From assembly GCF_001194135.2 (NCBI RefSeq), contig NC_068988.1:17836150-17886917 (forward strand): 50,768 bases of DNA, given 5' to 3'. Origin of the DNA: Octopus bimaculoides (taxonomy: Eukaryota). Below are positions 24,908-37,863 of this stretch, piece after piece. A program made the position numbers and the translations under genes. Position 1 is the first letter of the stretch. Each line of letters begins with the position of its first letter. Under the pieces are notes generated by a model. That model was not told the origin of the DNA. It made no database searches and saw nothing but the letters and a program-made list of their open reading frames with translations.

Positions 24908-24911
24908 ATGT

Positions 24912-24929
24912 ATGGATGGATGGATAGAC

Positions 24930-24987
<58 letters not shown>

Positions 24988-24997
24988 GTAGGTAGGT
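24912..24997. repeat. (ATGG)/(GATA)n tetranucleotide microsatellite at the LINE 3' end
   Basis: Read directly from the sequence. Confidence 0.95.
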
Positions 24998-25427
24998 AGA
25001 AAGGCAGACACGCATCACTGCTATCACCAGCCACACAAACACACCTTCATGTTCTTGACACGAAAATCTTAGACGAGAAAGACAAAATATAATTAATATT
25101 GAATACGTAACAGAATTAGTTGTTTCAAACATTTATGTCTCTTATACTTAATTGAAGATCTCACATCTTTCAAATGTAAAACAGTAATTAATAATGAAGG
25201 TAATTTAGATCAGTAGACAAGTTCCCATTTAAATATTTTAGTCGTGGCTTTGTTACTGTTAATCTTCAATAGTTCTTTGGTGACTCTGTGAGCTAGTTAT
25301 TTTCTCGCTGGCAAAATTGATTGAGTTGCCTTGAGATGCTATTTAGCAATTCACACACATTTGAACATACAAAGAAACACAGGTATGTATGTAACCTATG
25401 AAGTAGATATATAAACAGGGTAGATTT

Positions 25428-25553
25428 AACTATTTCTCATTAGATGGGAAAAAATCATGAGCAGTTTTAATCGATTTTATAATCTTAGGGGTTCTCTTCA
25501 ATAGTATCAAAATCATCCTGGGAAATAAGCAGCTAATCTGTTTACATATTCAA
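25428..25553 (+). repeat. Unclassified repeat family E, copy
   Basis: aactatttctcattagatgggaaaaaatcatgagcagttttaatcgatttt...aagcagctaatctgtttac aligns to 35081-35215. Confidence 0.6.
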
Positions 25554-25694
25554 CAAACCCAGGGGCTACAGAGAACTGCAACTACCAATTTGCATATCGT
25601 AAGTGTTAAGCACTTTATTTAATAATAATAACCTGTTAGCTGAGATCTCAATATCTGGGTATGAAGTAATATATCTAACTTGTGTAATAGATGA

Positions 25695-26073
25695 TGGTAC
25701 TCCGTCGGTTACGACGACGAGGGTTCCAGTTGATCCGATCAACGAAACAGCTAGCTCGTGAAATTAACGTGCAAGTGGCCGAGCACTCCACAGACACGTG
25801 TACTCTTAACGTAGTTCTCGGGGACATTCAGCGTGACACAGTATGACAAGGCTGGCCCTTTGAATTACATGCACAACAGAAACAGGAAGTGAGAGTGAGA
25901 TAAGGTTGTGGTGAAAGAGTACAGCAGGGTTCGCCACCATCCCCTGTCGGAGCCTTGTGGAACTTTAGGTGTTTTCGCTCAGTAAACACTCACAACGCCC
26001 GGTCTGGGAATCGAAACCACGACCCTACGACCGCTAGTCCGCTGCCCTAACCACTGGGCCATTGCGCCTCCAC
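25695..26073 (-). mobile_element. SINE family C, full length
   Basis: Complete head to tail; probable TSD aatagatgatg / aatagtgatg. Confidence 0.93.
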
Positions 26074-26110
26074 AATAGTGATGCAATAGCTAGACAAACA
26101 GAGCAAACTA

Positions 26111-26199
26111 AACTATATCTCCGTAGACTGAAAAAAAAATGGTGAACAGCCTTATTCGATTTTCGGACCTTATTGGGTTCTAGTCAGAGGCGTTTACAT
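26111..26199 (+). repeat. Unclassified repeat family E, copy
   Basis: tctccgtagactgaaaaaaaa...tcgattttcggaccttattgggttct, closely matching 35086-35147. Confidence 0.75.
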
Positions 26200-26263
26200 A
26201 CATACATGCACACACACTTAAAGAAACGCACGCACACATTCACACGCACGCATGCACATACAC

Positions 26264-26297
<34 letters not shown>

Positions 26298-26333
26298 TTA
26301 CAGAAACGCACGCACACATTCACACGCACGCAT

Positions 26334-26367
<34 letters not shown>

Positions 26368-26694
26368 AAGCACAGCTATATCAGTTCGATATAAAATATA
26401 TGACATGTTTCTGTACGAGAGAGATGAGAAGTTTTCACCCGAAGTGACATTCTATCTTTGATAGCATGTTCCATTGATCTATCACGAAATATTTTTCAGA
26501 AAGCTAGGAGTAGTATTGAATTCAGAATTCAGCTTATAGTTCAGAGAAGGAACGATACGCATCTTGTGAATTTGAACACAACACCTCAGTTTTCTTATTC
26601 CAATATGATATAACAAATGTGTGTGTGAGTGCGCGCGCACGTATGCGTGCGTGCGTGCATGTGTGCGTGCGTTTGTGTTTGTGTGTATAAACAT

Positions 26695-26837
26695 ACAGGA
26701 GTGGCTGTGTAGTAAGAAATTTGCTTCCCACCCACATAGTTCCGGGTTCAGTCCCACTGTGTGGCATCTTGAACAAGTGTATCCTACAAGTGTGTTCATA
26801 ACATAGTGGTTTGGAAGAAAGAGAACCGATAGAATAT
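26695..26837 (+). mobile_element. SINE family A, head plus a remnant of the 3' half
   Basis: caggagtggctgtgtagtaag...ggttcagtcccactgtgtggcatcttgaacaagtgt, then gaaccgatagaata. Confidence 0.82.
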
Positions 26838-26845
26838 GTTCCGGG

Positions 26846-26900
<55 letters not shown>

Positions 26901-27389
26901 GTAGTAAGTAGTAGCAGACCTGAAAGAATATTTGATATAAGTTGTTGGTTTTGATTGTTTAAGCAGCAGTGACCGAAGAGGGAGTCAAAGAAGAAGAAGA
27001 GGGAGTAGGAAAAGAAGAGAAAGAATAAGAAAAATACAGGAGTGGTAACAGAAGTAGGATGTTAGTGGAATCTCTTAAATGGTCAAGTGACCTAAAAGTG
27101 ACCTGTTGTAGTTGTAATACTAGTGATTGGAATTGTTCTGAATAAATCAATGGGTAGTGACTGCTCTGAATATATTGCTGTTGATATGTGCATGGGTATT
27201 AATCTAAGGCCCTTGTAGAAGTGTCATTTGTGATGGTCGCATTCAAAAGGGGTTTATATTTTGTGATAAAATATGACTTTGCTAGTGCGCTGATTATAAG
27301 CTGCATCGTCCCTTGAATTTATGGAGGGAACACACACACACACACACATGCATTCACATATGTGTATATATGTATATATGTATATGTAC

Positions 27390-27439
<50 letters not shown>

Positions 27440-27588
27440 NNNNNNNNNNNNNNNNNNNNNNNNNNNNNNNNNNNNNNNNNNNNNNNNNNNNNNNNNNNNN
27501 NNNNNNNNNNNNNNNNNNNNNNNNNNNNNNNNNNNNNNNNNNNNNNNNNNNNNNNNNNNNNNNNNNNNNNNNNNNNNNNNNNNNNNNN

Positions 27589-27636
<48 letters not shown>

Positions 27637-27987
27637 CGTCTGTGTGTGCTTATATGTTTTGGCAAAGAATTCTCCTAATTATCTTATCCAGATATGCCTT
27701 GACTGTATTTCATTTTATTGTTTGTCCAAATATGCACTTCTAGCATATTTCACGTGAGCTGAGGTAAGATAACTAGTTCTAGGGATTTAAATAAAATCAT
27801 AAAATCTAAATCCCGTGTGTGGTTTAGTACTATAAGACTTCATGGAACGGAATTCTTTATTTGAAACGAAAGTATCTTCTTGGATTCAATGATTCAACGT
27901 CTTTTTGTCATGACATAACTTTTCAGTATAATGCGCTTTGCGTTTATAAGCATGCATCGACATTTATTGTTAATATAATTTGTCCCC

Positions 27988-28325
27988 AGCTAGCAGAATT
28001 TTTAGCAGTTTGGCAAAATGCCAAGTTTAATTCTCCGACATTCTAGATTCAAATTCCGCTGGATCAGCTTTACCTTTCATCCTTCCTAAGTCGATGAAAT
28101 AAAGTATCATTCAAGTATGTGGTCGATGGTATTGAATTACCCCTACTCCTAAAATCGCTGACTTTGTGCCATAATTTGAAACCATAAGGTGTCTAACTAG
28201 CAGAGTTGCACGCTTGGAGCTTTTTTCCAACTGCTTACGTTCTGACACCGAGGCGACTTTGCCTTTCATCCTTTCAGGGTCGATAAAATACTGGTGTTGT
28301 TGTAAACAGCTTACCACCTCCCAAC
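27988..28325 (+). mobile_element. Tandem pair of SINE family B copies (27988-28183, ~28195-28325)
   Basis: ttcaaattccgc...tttcatccttcctaagtcgatgaaataaagta...tttgaaacc, then gcgactttgcctttcatcctttcagggtcgataaaata. Confidence 0.8.
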
Positions 28326-28794
28326 TCGGTATTCAAACAAAGGCAAACATATACAAATGCATACACATATACAGGCATATATATATGCTCACAGTCACAA
28401 ACACACTGAGTGACAAATAAATGTCTCAGTCTGCAAATGCATTACATGCTTTATATGTCTACGTATCCGCTAAAATCACTCGTAGTAACTAAAAAAGCCA
28501 AAGAATAAAAGGAAGAGAAATAATTTATAAAATAATTCGATAAATCATTTTCATAATCCCATTTTGCACACCAATACTCTTTCTCAGCCAACTTGTTTGT
28601 GCATCTACACGTGTGTGTGTGTGTGTGTGTGTGTGTGGTATATATATATATATATATGTATGTCTCCATATGTTTTTAATATATGTGTGTGTGTTTAACT
28701 AAGTTTTACACATGTCAACAAATGTCCTGTTTGCTGTTTAAATATAAAAATCGCTTTTTCTTAATGAGCTATGAAAGACCAATTCGAAATCCAT

Positions 28795-29285
28795 CGCTGA
28801 AGAAATGGTACGACGCAGAAACGCATGTGTCCTCGGGTCCGATGGCATCATTCATAGCCTAGTGATATATTTTCACTTCTTCTCGAAGATAAATTCCGCA
28901 GTGAAGGTCTTTCCATATCTGAGTGTACACGAACGTGTTAAATATAATTGTAACACTCATATTTCAATGAACACTACTTCGTGCACCTATAGTTGTTTCA
29001 AGCTTGTGTATGTTTGGCATACATTGGCAAATGTACCATTTACAGTTTAAAATTAAGAACACCTGATTCTTATTGGGCTATGAACGAAGGATTCGGTGTC
29101 CGTCGTTGATGGAGCATAACGACGCAGAAACACAAGCATCCAACTTTCTGATGAAGTTATTTATAATCCATTGATGAGGTGTCGCACACACTGCCTATGA
29201 GTATTTTTTTCTCTCCAGATAAATTCCGCAGCGAATGTCATTCTACGTCCATTTGCACATGAACGAGTTAAATAAAGTTGTACAC
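28795..29285 (+). repeat. Diverged direct repeat, two units (~28795-28957, ~29100-29285)
   Basis: Shared blocks acgacgcagaaac (28810, 29119) and agataaattccgcag...gaacg.gttaaata.a.ttgta (28887, 29217). Confidence 0.8.
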
Positions 29286-29626
29286 ACACAGTGCACGCGC
29301 ACGCTCACACACATATATTTATACGCCTTTGTGTGTATATATATGTGTGTGTGTGTGTGTATCTTGGAGTGTATCTATCTACATCTGAACTATTACGAAC
29401 TTTTTCACATTCCAGATTCTTTCTCACATCTTGATTTGTATCCTTCTTTACGTATAATTTGCATTTCTCTTCAATATGGCATATAAGTATAAATACGTCA
29501 TAAACTGGTCTATTATCTGTTTATTGCCTGTTTATGCTTTGGTTCCTAGTATGTTTGTGTGTAAGCATCAAAGCTATCGATGCACTACATCTATATGAAT
29601 AAGTGTATCAATATTTATATATTTCA

Positions 29627-29800
29627 AGGCGGCGAGCTGGCAGAGTCGTTATCACGCAGGGAGAAATGCTTAGTGGCATTTCATCTGTTTTCGTGTTCTG
29701 AGCTCAAATTATGGTTAGGTCGACTTTGCCTTTCATCTTTCAGGATCGATAGAAGAAGTACCAGTAATCGTCTTCCCCCTCTATACCCCACAATTTGAAG
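29627..29800 (+). mobile_element. SINE family B, single copy
   Basis: aggcggcgagctggcagagtcgtta...ggtcgactttgcctttcatcttttcaggatcgatagaagaagtaccag. Confidence 0.88.
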
Positions 29801-30735
29801 TCAATATTTATATATTTTAGGTCCGTCTTTTTCTCGAAATTTAATGGGGTAAACTCAACTGTGTAACCGTTATTAAGAAGTTTATATTATTACATGTAAT
29901 TTGTGATACCCACACCTAAAGGGCTGAAATTTACACCATGTCGAGTGTTTTGTTTTTGCTTTTTACTGAAATGTTCACCTTTTCAAATCTTAATCTGCGC
30001 CAGCTGAAACACTAGTTGTTCCCGCCAACAATTGTAAAAAAGTATCGCTTATTCAACTAGGAACAAACGAGACATGGATATAAGCCAATAAATTAATCCA
30101 GTTATATTATCGCAGTAAAATCAGTACAGGGGTACTTATTTCGTCGATCATATATTTTCTCTGGAATTATCATTGAAACAAATGAGGTAAGTCCATCTGC
30201 AAAATCTTATTGAAATGATGAGGAGGAGCAGAACGAAAAGGGACGAAAATGGCGACGTCGAAGACGGACACTACGGCAACGGCGCCTTTGTAACAAAAGG
30301 ATTACATTAACAAAGACATTTGAACAGACAAATGAATGTTTAGATTATGATGAAAAACAACTAAAAAGGAAATTGTCAGATTAAGTTTATGCTGCTAGAA
30401 TAATCTGCTTATTTTCTCGTAAAAATGTTCATGTTGTAGGGAAGAAAATAAAGATGATATTAAGTTTATTTGTTTGCATGTGTGTGTCTGTGTGTATACA
30501 TATATGCTTGTGTGTGTATGTGTCTGTGTATCCGTATCTAGCTATATGTCGTCTGTGCTATTCTGTATTTTGTGAAGTTGTTTTGTGTGTGTTCGTGTGT
30601 GCGCGTGTGTATGCATGTGTGTGTGTTTACACACATGCGCACGTATATAATGTATTATATATGTAAAACGTGTACATTATATAATATACGAATTCTATAT
30701 AACATGTTTTATATATATATGTATGTATATGTATG

Positions 30736-30797
<62 letters not shown>

Positions 30798-31437
30798 NNN
30801 NNNNNNNNNNNNNNNNNNNNNNNNNNNNNNATATATATATATATATACATATTTACATGCATAGTGACAATAATATATAAAGCATGAAATATATTTATAT
30901 ACATTATGCACACTATATAAGTGTAAATGATACTTTGTGTCTGTATGTGGGGGGGGGGGCGAAAGTGTATTTGTGTGTGCGTGTGTGTTTGTGGGTGTGC
31001 GTGCGTGTTCCGGGATTAAGTTTGTGCATTTCTTAGGCTTTTTTTTTTCCTTTGAAGAATTGAAGCCAGTTTCTACTGTTTAAATGAAGCTAGTTCTTGG
31101 GCTTTATGGTTACATAAACTATTTAGTGTTTACATATATTTATGTGTGTGGATGCGGGTGGATGTGCGCGCATGCGCGTGTGTTTTTGTATAAAGTGGCA
31201 CTTACCTAGTGAGAGTGCTCGTCACGCGTGTGTACGAGTGTGCATTTATGTATGAGTGCGTTTGCCTTCTACATACGTATTTGAGATAGTGTAGGTGAAC
31301 TGCATGTATGTACTTCTGTATGTATGTATGCGTGTATGTATCTGTATTTAATAATACACCTTTGTATGTGTATGAATATCTGAAATTATATACATATGCA
31401 TACGTATAACTGAACATACATTTACGAGAATGTACAT

Positions 31438-31490
<53 letters not shown>

Positions 31491-32074
31491 NNNNNNNNNN
31501 NNNNNNNNNNNNNNNNNNNNNNNNNNNNNNNNNNNNNNNNNNNNNNNNNNNNNNNNNNNNNNNNNNNNNNNNNNNNNNNNNNNNNNNNNNNNNNNNNNNN
31601 NNNNNNNNNNNNNNNNNNNNNNNNNNNNNNNNNNNNNNNNNNNNNNNNNNNNNNNNNNNNNNNNNNNNNNNNNNNNNNNNNNNNNNNNNNNNNNNNNNNN
31701 NNNNNNNNNNNNNNNNNNNNNNNNNNNNNNNNNNNNNNNNNNNNNNNNNNNNNNNNNNNNNNNNNNNNNNNNNNNNNNNNNNNNNNNNNNNNNNNNNNNN
31801 NNNNNNNNNNNNNNNNNNNNNNNNNNNNNNNNNNNNNNNNNNNNNNNNNNNNNNNNNNNNNNNNNNNNNNNNNNNNNNNNNNNNNNNNNNNNNNNNNNNN
31901 NNNNNNNNNNNNNNNNNNNNNNNNNNNNNNNNNNNNNNNNNNNNNNNNNNNNNNNNNNNNNNNNNNNNNNNNNNNNNNNNNNNNNNNNNNNNNNNNNNNN
32001 NNNNNNNNNNNNNNNNNNNNNNNNNNNNNNNNNNNNNNNNNNNNNNNNNNNNNNNNNNTGTGTGTGTGTGTGTG

Positions 32075-32236
32075 TGTGTGTGTGTGTCTATCTGTGTTTG
32101 TTCCACCAACCGGTCTTTGTTAACCCGTAACTTTAGCAGTTCGGCAAGCGTGCCGGCAGAATAAATATTAAGGGGTCACAAAATTAAAATTTCTCAATGC
32201 GCTGGCCCAGTAAGACTGCAGTCTAATGAGTGAAAC
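32075..32236 (+). mobile_element. SINE family A, 3' half (5' half possibly inside the gap)
   Basis: cccgtaactttagcagttcggcaag...ctgcagtctaatgagtgaaacaagtaaaagataaa. Confidence 0.72.
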
Positions 32237-32788
32237 AAGTAAAAGATAAATGATACACACACTCCGGCATGTACACTGCGTAAAATGAGCAAGTTCTGAG
32301 ACATGTTAGGATGTAATACACAAACATTTCGATGCATACAACCACACACCAAATCATATATGAGAGCCGGCATTTGTCTTAACATAACATACCCTAAGAC
32401 TAAGCGTATCACAGATATCAAACTAAATACACAAGCTATGTAACTGCCATGTGACGCATTAAACCTTATGAAAACGTGGTTGAGACTTTCGAACAGGTTT
32501 ACTCTCGTTTTACTAGATAGGGTGCAACTTGCTATGAATTTCACTTCTGGAAATTTTCCAAGCAAACACCCACTTGCTTTAATCTTTGCTTCGGAGTGAT
32601 TGCTGCATGATGGATTAATCCGGTCTTTTGACAGGTGTTACTTTTGTTCTTCTGGGATTCTAGCAATCCTACTCCACCCGCGAACCCAGTGGGATATCGT
32701 ATGCACAAGTGTGTGTGTACATGTGTTTATATATATATATATGATAAATGATATATAGTATATTTATATATATAATAAATAATGTAGA

Positions 32789-32828
<40 letters not shown>

Positions 32829-32863
32829 TATATATACATTCATTCATTCATACATACATATAT

Positions 32864-33105
32864 GGGTACAGGACGTCACCAACGGTGCAAATAACATGAA
32901 ATAGTAAACAAACGAGAGAAAAAAGAATGAAGTACGTGAACAACGAGAAAAAACGAGAACAGGACAAGTAAACACAGAAAGGACCCTTCATCAGTTGTCG
33001 GCTGTCTATCTATTCCTCCTTTCGAGCATATAACGACAATATGAATCTTCAAAGACAGTTGCTCCCATAAATTCTAAAATAAAATTTTGGATTTATGGAG
33101 GCTCA
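32864..33105 (-). repeat. Dispersed repeat family D, copy 2
   Basis: gggtacaggacgtc...cccttcatcagttgtcggctg; homologous to 13815-13985. Confidence 0.55.
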
Positions 33106-33237
33106 AAGTTGGGAACAAAAAGATGACAGTGGAGACATACAAGGAAGCCGAATGAAAACAAACATGGATGGTCGTTAAGCAAAAACGAAAAACGAGAGGA
33201 AAATAGTGATCACCGGAAGAAACACTTTTATATATGG

Positions 33238-33273
<36 letters not shown>

Positions 33274-33297
33274 TGGTGGAAATATATACGCACACAT

Positions 33298-33650
33298 ATG
33301 ATGATGATGTCTGTCCACGTGTGACCAAGGAAAACCATCACTGAACATTGCCCATGTAAAATACCAGCAATGCCTGTGCCCGAGGTCATTGCACCAGCAG
33401 TCGGCTCCACCCGGATTCACGACAGGACATCAGAAAGTCGCCTCGCCATCGATTGCACAACCTAAAATTATAGGTCCAACAAGGCTTGCACAGCACCTCA
33501 CAAACCTTGTCCATCCTTCTGACATGGTCCAGAGACAAGACAGAGCAAGATATCAAGTGCCAGTGTAGGTTGCAGGCTCAAAAATGTGGAAGCGCCCTGT
33601 TCTCACGCACAAGCAAAGAACCTCCACTCATGTAATAGTTGTGACATAAA
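33298..33650 (-). mobile_element. Decayed RTE-like LINE 3' fragment
   Basis: Minus-strand 3' end aatgttcagtgatggttttccttggtcacacgtggacagacatcatcat matches the RTE 3' end at 24865-24908; remnants LDHVRRMD and WCNDLGHRHCW. The 5' boundary is uncertain. Confidence 0.68.
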
Positions 33651-34343
33651 TCAAAAGGTTAACGGTTTCGTATGTTGCTTTCATACCTCTGGACTGCGTA
33701 GCCTTCAGATATTTGCTTGCTATTTCGTTCACTGCTTCTAATTCTAATTCACTGGGATTTTTTACTTATGCTGGTGTTGTATAGCCTGTCATTCAAATCA
33801 TTGAAACACACCATCCTAGTAATCTAGTAAGGTGTTCACAAGCTTTTGGTGTTCTGTTTCTACAGTACAGGTACGGAATTCAGCTCACATTGTTGGTGTG
33901 TTGCTTACTGTGAGATTTAGCTGACCATTCCGTCTATCCATCAGTGGAAATGGGATGGTTATCTTCAGTGGCTGGCTTTATGGTGCTAGCCTGCTTAGAA
34001 TCAACTGCTTCCGTTAGATGTATCAATTTTCATCTAATGATTTAAATGTTTTAGGGGAAAAAATCTAATTTGGGATGTTTTGAGTTCCACAAATATTTTA
34101 GCCTTTGCATAAAACCGAACTTTGGGGGTTCAGATTGTATTTATGCTTCATATAAATCTTTAGCACCATAGGTTCATTGTATACAGTGATTGTAGTAATG
34201 ATTTGGTCGAAGGTGACTTACACGTTTGGCTATGAAGTTTTTGTTTCTTCACTGATATATATATTTGTTTTTTCAAAAATCGACAATGATCTTCCTTAAA
34301 AGTTTCGACAAAATTTTGTCAGAATTAAATTTTAAGTTACTCA

Positions 34344-34552
34344 TTTACTCTTTACTCTTTTACATGTTTCAGTCATTTGACTGTGGCCATGCTGGAGCAC
34401 CGCCTTTAGTCGAGCAAATCGACACCAGGACACATTCTTTGTAAGCCTAGTACTTATTCTATCGGTCTCTTTTGCCGAACCGCTAAGTTACGGGGACGTA
34501 AATACACCAGCATCGGTTGTCAAGCGATGGTGGGGGGACAAACACAGACACA

Positions 34553-34587
<35 letters not shown>

Positions 34588-34742
34588 GACGGGCTTCTTT
34601 CAGTTTCCGTCTACCAAATCCACTCACAAGGCTTTGGTCGGCTCGAGGCTATAGCAAAAGACATTTGCCCAAAGTGCCACGCAGTGGGACTGAACCCGGA
34701 ACCATGTGGTTGGTAAGCAAGCTACTTACCACACAGCCACTC
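34344..34742 (-). mobile_element. SINE family A, near full length and little diverged
   Basis: All modules present, including the internal (CA)n and the (TTTACTC)-type tail. Confidence 0.95.
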
Positions 34743-35080
34743 AACTTGGGTAATGTTTTTCTTTCAGGTTGTTTTTAATGCTACAATTGCGTTTAAACGT
34801 ACACATTGAGTGGTGTTGATCTTTTTGTAAACTGTTTTACAACGTTGATTTTTTTTTTGTGTGTGAAACGTTAGAGCGCTGTGTTCACATAAATGTGTTA
34901 AGATGTATATATCGTTAATATAGATATGCTGCAATATATGTAATGTTTATAACATTTATGTAGAAATATGTTGCCTTCATATAAGCAGTAATTACACACG
35001 TCCGATTATTAGACTGATCACAACTGCCACCATTATGTATGTATGTAACATATGGTATAATTATAAACGGCAAATTTTAG

Positions 35081-35215
35081 CCATTTCTCCGTAGACTGAA
35101 AAAAATATGAACAACTTTAATCGATTTTCGAACCTTATTGGGTTCTCATTAAAGGTGTCTACATCATTCTGACAGTCTCCAGAGAAACAAGCAGCCAGAC
35201 TGTTTACGAATACAA
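35081..35215 (+). repeat. Unclassified repeat family E, longest copy
   Basis: Contains all the blocks seen separately in the other three copies. Confidence 0.75.
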
Positions 35216-35557
35216 TCTTCCCTCTACCTTTTCACATTTTTCTTTTTTAACTTTTGAGAATAATAAATACCTCATTCTATGTTGAAACTTCTGAATGCAA
35301 AGCTTCACTTCACTGCAATAATAATTGCTATTGACACATGTAGTCTTTCATTTGTGTATATTTGATTTTAAATTTTATGTTCATGGTTTCTTTGTTGTTT
35401 CTTGCGTTATTGATTCATTTCAATCAAGCGCCTCATGGTAAATATATCTCAATCCCTCTATAAATATATACACGAAATTTGCCTCGTTTATGTGAAACAC
35501 TTCTCATTAAAGATTTGTTATATATATGTCTACCTATGTATATGTGTTTGTGTGCGA

Positions 35558-35595
<38 letters not shown>

Positions 35596-35783
35596 GTATT
35601 TTTGTGTGCGGTATATATGTGTTTATTTTCACAAAGTTATTTAGCAGGAGTGGGCATAACATAGGAAAATTTACATCTGCTTTGCTTACGTATAAGTAAG
35701 TTTATATTCTACGTACGAGCGTTTACTCATGTGAGCTTGCATAAATACATACATACATAGATACATACATACACACATATACT

Positions 35784-35822
<39 letters not shown>

Positions 35823-35825
35823 GCA

Positions 35826-35950
35826 CATGACGGGCTTCTTACAGTTCCCGTTAACGAAATCCAACCACAAGGCATTGGTCGCACCGGGGCTACTGTAGTA
35901 AACACTTTCTCTAAAGGCTCATATAGTGGAACTGAACCTGGGACCATATG
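35826..35950 (-). mobile_element. SINE family A, 5' part
   Basis: catgacgggcttc...aaatccaaccacaaggcattggtc...ggaactgaacctgggaccat; preceded by (GATA)n. Confidence 0.8.
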
Positions 35951-36325
35951 AAAATTGGGAAATTGATTAAACAAAAGGATAAGAACAATACAGTTTTATA
36001 TAAAATAGTGAAATAACAATAGATAGATAACATAAGAAATTAAAATCAAAATTGAACGTAACTTTTTCTTTTAGAACTCCGACTCTAAGTGCAAATACGG
36101 CAGTTAAACTAGTTACAAATCAATAGTATGCTCTTTTTTTTTTCTTTACTTTGTAAATTAATCGGTCTGCTGATTTCAGAACTGGTCACCTAAAAATTTA
36201 ATGATTTTTAATATCTCCTCTTTTTGATGATTCATTTATTAATGTCAAAATATAAGTACTGTGTATTTATTTCCTAAAGTAGAAACATTTTAATGTGTAT
36301 TTCATTTAATATTCTGATTTATTAA

Positions 36326-36530
36326 TCTTATACTTGTATCTGTCAATCGACTGCAGCTTTACTGAAACACCTTGAAGGGTTGTTCGAACAAATCGATACC
36401 AATGCATATTTTCTTCTTAAAAGCGTGGTACTTATTCTATCAGTTTCTTTTGCCGAGCCTCTAAGTTATGGGGACGTAGACTAGCCAAAATTCATTGTCA
36501 AGTGATGCAGTAGTACAAACACAAACACTA
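36326..36530 (-). mobile_element. SINE family A, 3' half
   Basis: gtacttattctatcagtttcttttgccgagcctctaagttatggggacgta...tgtcaagtgatg; runs into (GT)n and a gap. Confidence 0.8.
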
Positions 36531-36540
36531 AAACACTCAG

Positions 36541-36580
<40 letters not shown>

Positions 36581-37033
36581 NNNNNNNNNNNNNNNNNNNN
36601 NNNNNNNNNNNNNNNNNNNNNNNNNNNNNNNNNNNNNNNNNNNNNNNNNNNNNNNNNNNNNNNNNNNNNNNNNNNNNNNNNNNNNNNNNNNNNNNNNNNN
36701 NNNNNNNNNNNNNNNNNNNNNNNNNNNNNNNNNNNNNNNNNNNNNNNNNNNNNNNNNNNNNNNNNNTGTGTGTGTGTGCGCGTGCGTGTGTGTGTGTGTG
36801 TGTGTTAACGAACTGAAAACATAACTCTTTCATCTGTGAATATTTGATTTTAAATTTTGATTTGTTGTGCCATGTGGTCAGTGTCTAATGTTGTACTGGG
36901 ACACCAGGCGTGTTATAAAACAATCGCAGCACATGAAACTAATAGTAGCACATATATACATATATGACATTTATTAAATTATATATATATATATATATGT
37001 ATATTCAGACGTGTATACACACACATACACACA

Positions 37034-37112
37034 GAGGCTTCTTTTACTTTCCGTCTACCAAATCCACTCAGAAAGCTTTGGTCGGACCGAGGCTATGATA
37101 AAAGACATCCAA
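37034..37112 (-). mobile_element. SINE family A, internal fragment
   Basis: ttccgtctaccaaatccactcagaaagctttggtcggaccgaggctat. Confidence 0.8.
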
Positions 37113-37863
37113 TGGGCATGTGTATGTCTGTGTCTGCGTGTGTCTATGTGTGTGTATTATCCATTGCATATACGTATTATGCGTATATATAAATAGAGGC
37201 TGTAGCACATTTATTTCTTAATTTTTTTATACGCCGAAAAGGAAGAACTTACATGTATATTTAATCATATTTACATTTACACACTTAAAGATTGAATTAC
37301 ATATAGATCACATATGTAGACAGACAGACGGACAGACAGACAGTCAAACAAAGAGAAACTGGGAGAGTCGTACATACCAATATACATGCATGCGTACGTA
37401 CGTACGTATGTATAGTTATTATCACCTCTTGTCTTTGAGAATCGGTAGCAATTACCGTTAGGCTCAGGGCCACCTTAAGCCAATTGGGCCGAATACTCCC
37501 AATCGGGCCCCGAGCTCAATGAGGCCACATCCTATACTGCGATATTTCATGAAAGTAGTCTCCTTGAAGTTTTTTAAAAAATCTACATAAAAGAATAAAA
37601 ACATACTTTCTACGCTTTAGCGACACAAGATACCAAAAGATAAACCCATTCATCCAAAATTACTTGGGTCAGCCTTACTTGTATTTTTAGTGTAAATGTC
37701 AATTGTATGTACGCATGTGTGTGTGTGAATGTTTGGGAATGTTTATGGGCGTGTTTGGGTAAAATATTTATGTGTGTGTGTGTGTGTGCGTGGCGAATTG
37801 TACGTATTTATGTGTGCGTATGTTTGTGTATGTGAGTTGCTATAGATATACTTTGTATATGTT

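Noticed and set aside
26211-26340. 80-bp-offset duplication within a CA-rich tract
   Set aside because: Higher-order microsatellite slippage, common in such tracts.
26960-27290. Possible CR1/L2 3' end on the minus strand (SLPIDLF)
   Set aside because: Too short and degenerate to support by eye.
27744-27763. 20-nt AG...GTAAGA candidate micro-exon
   Set aside because: Splice-like motifs of this strength are expected by chance in 50 kb; no coding support.
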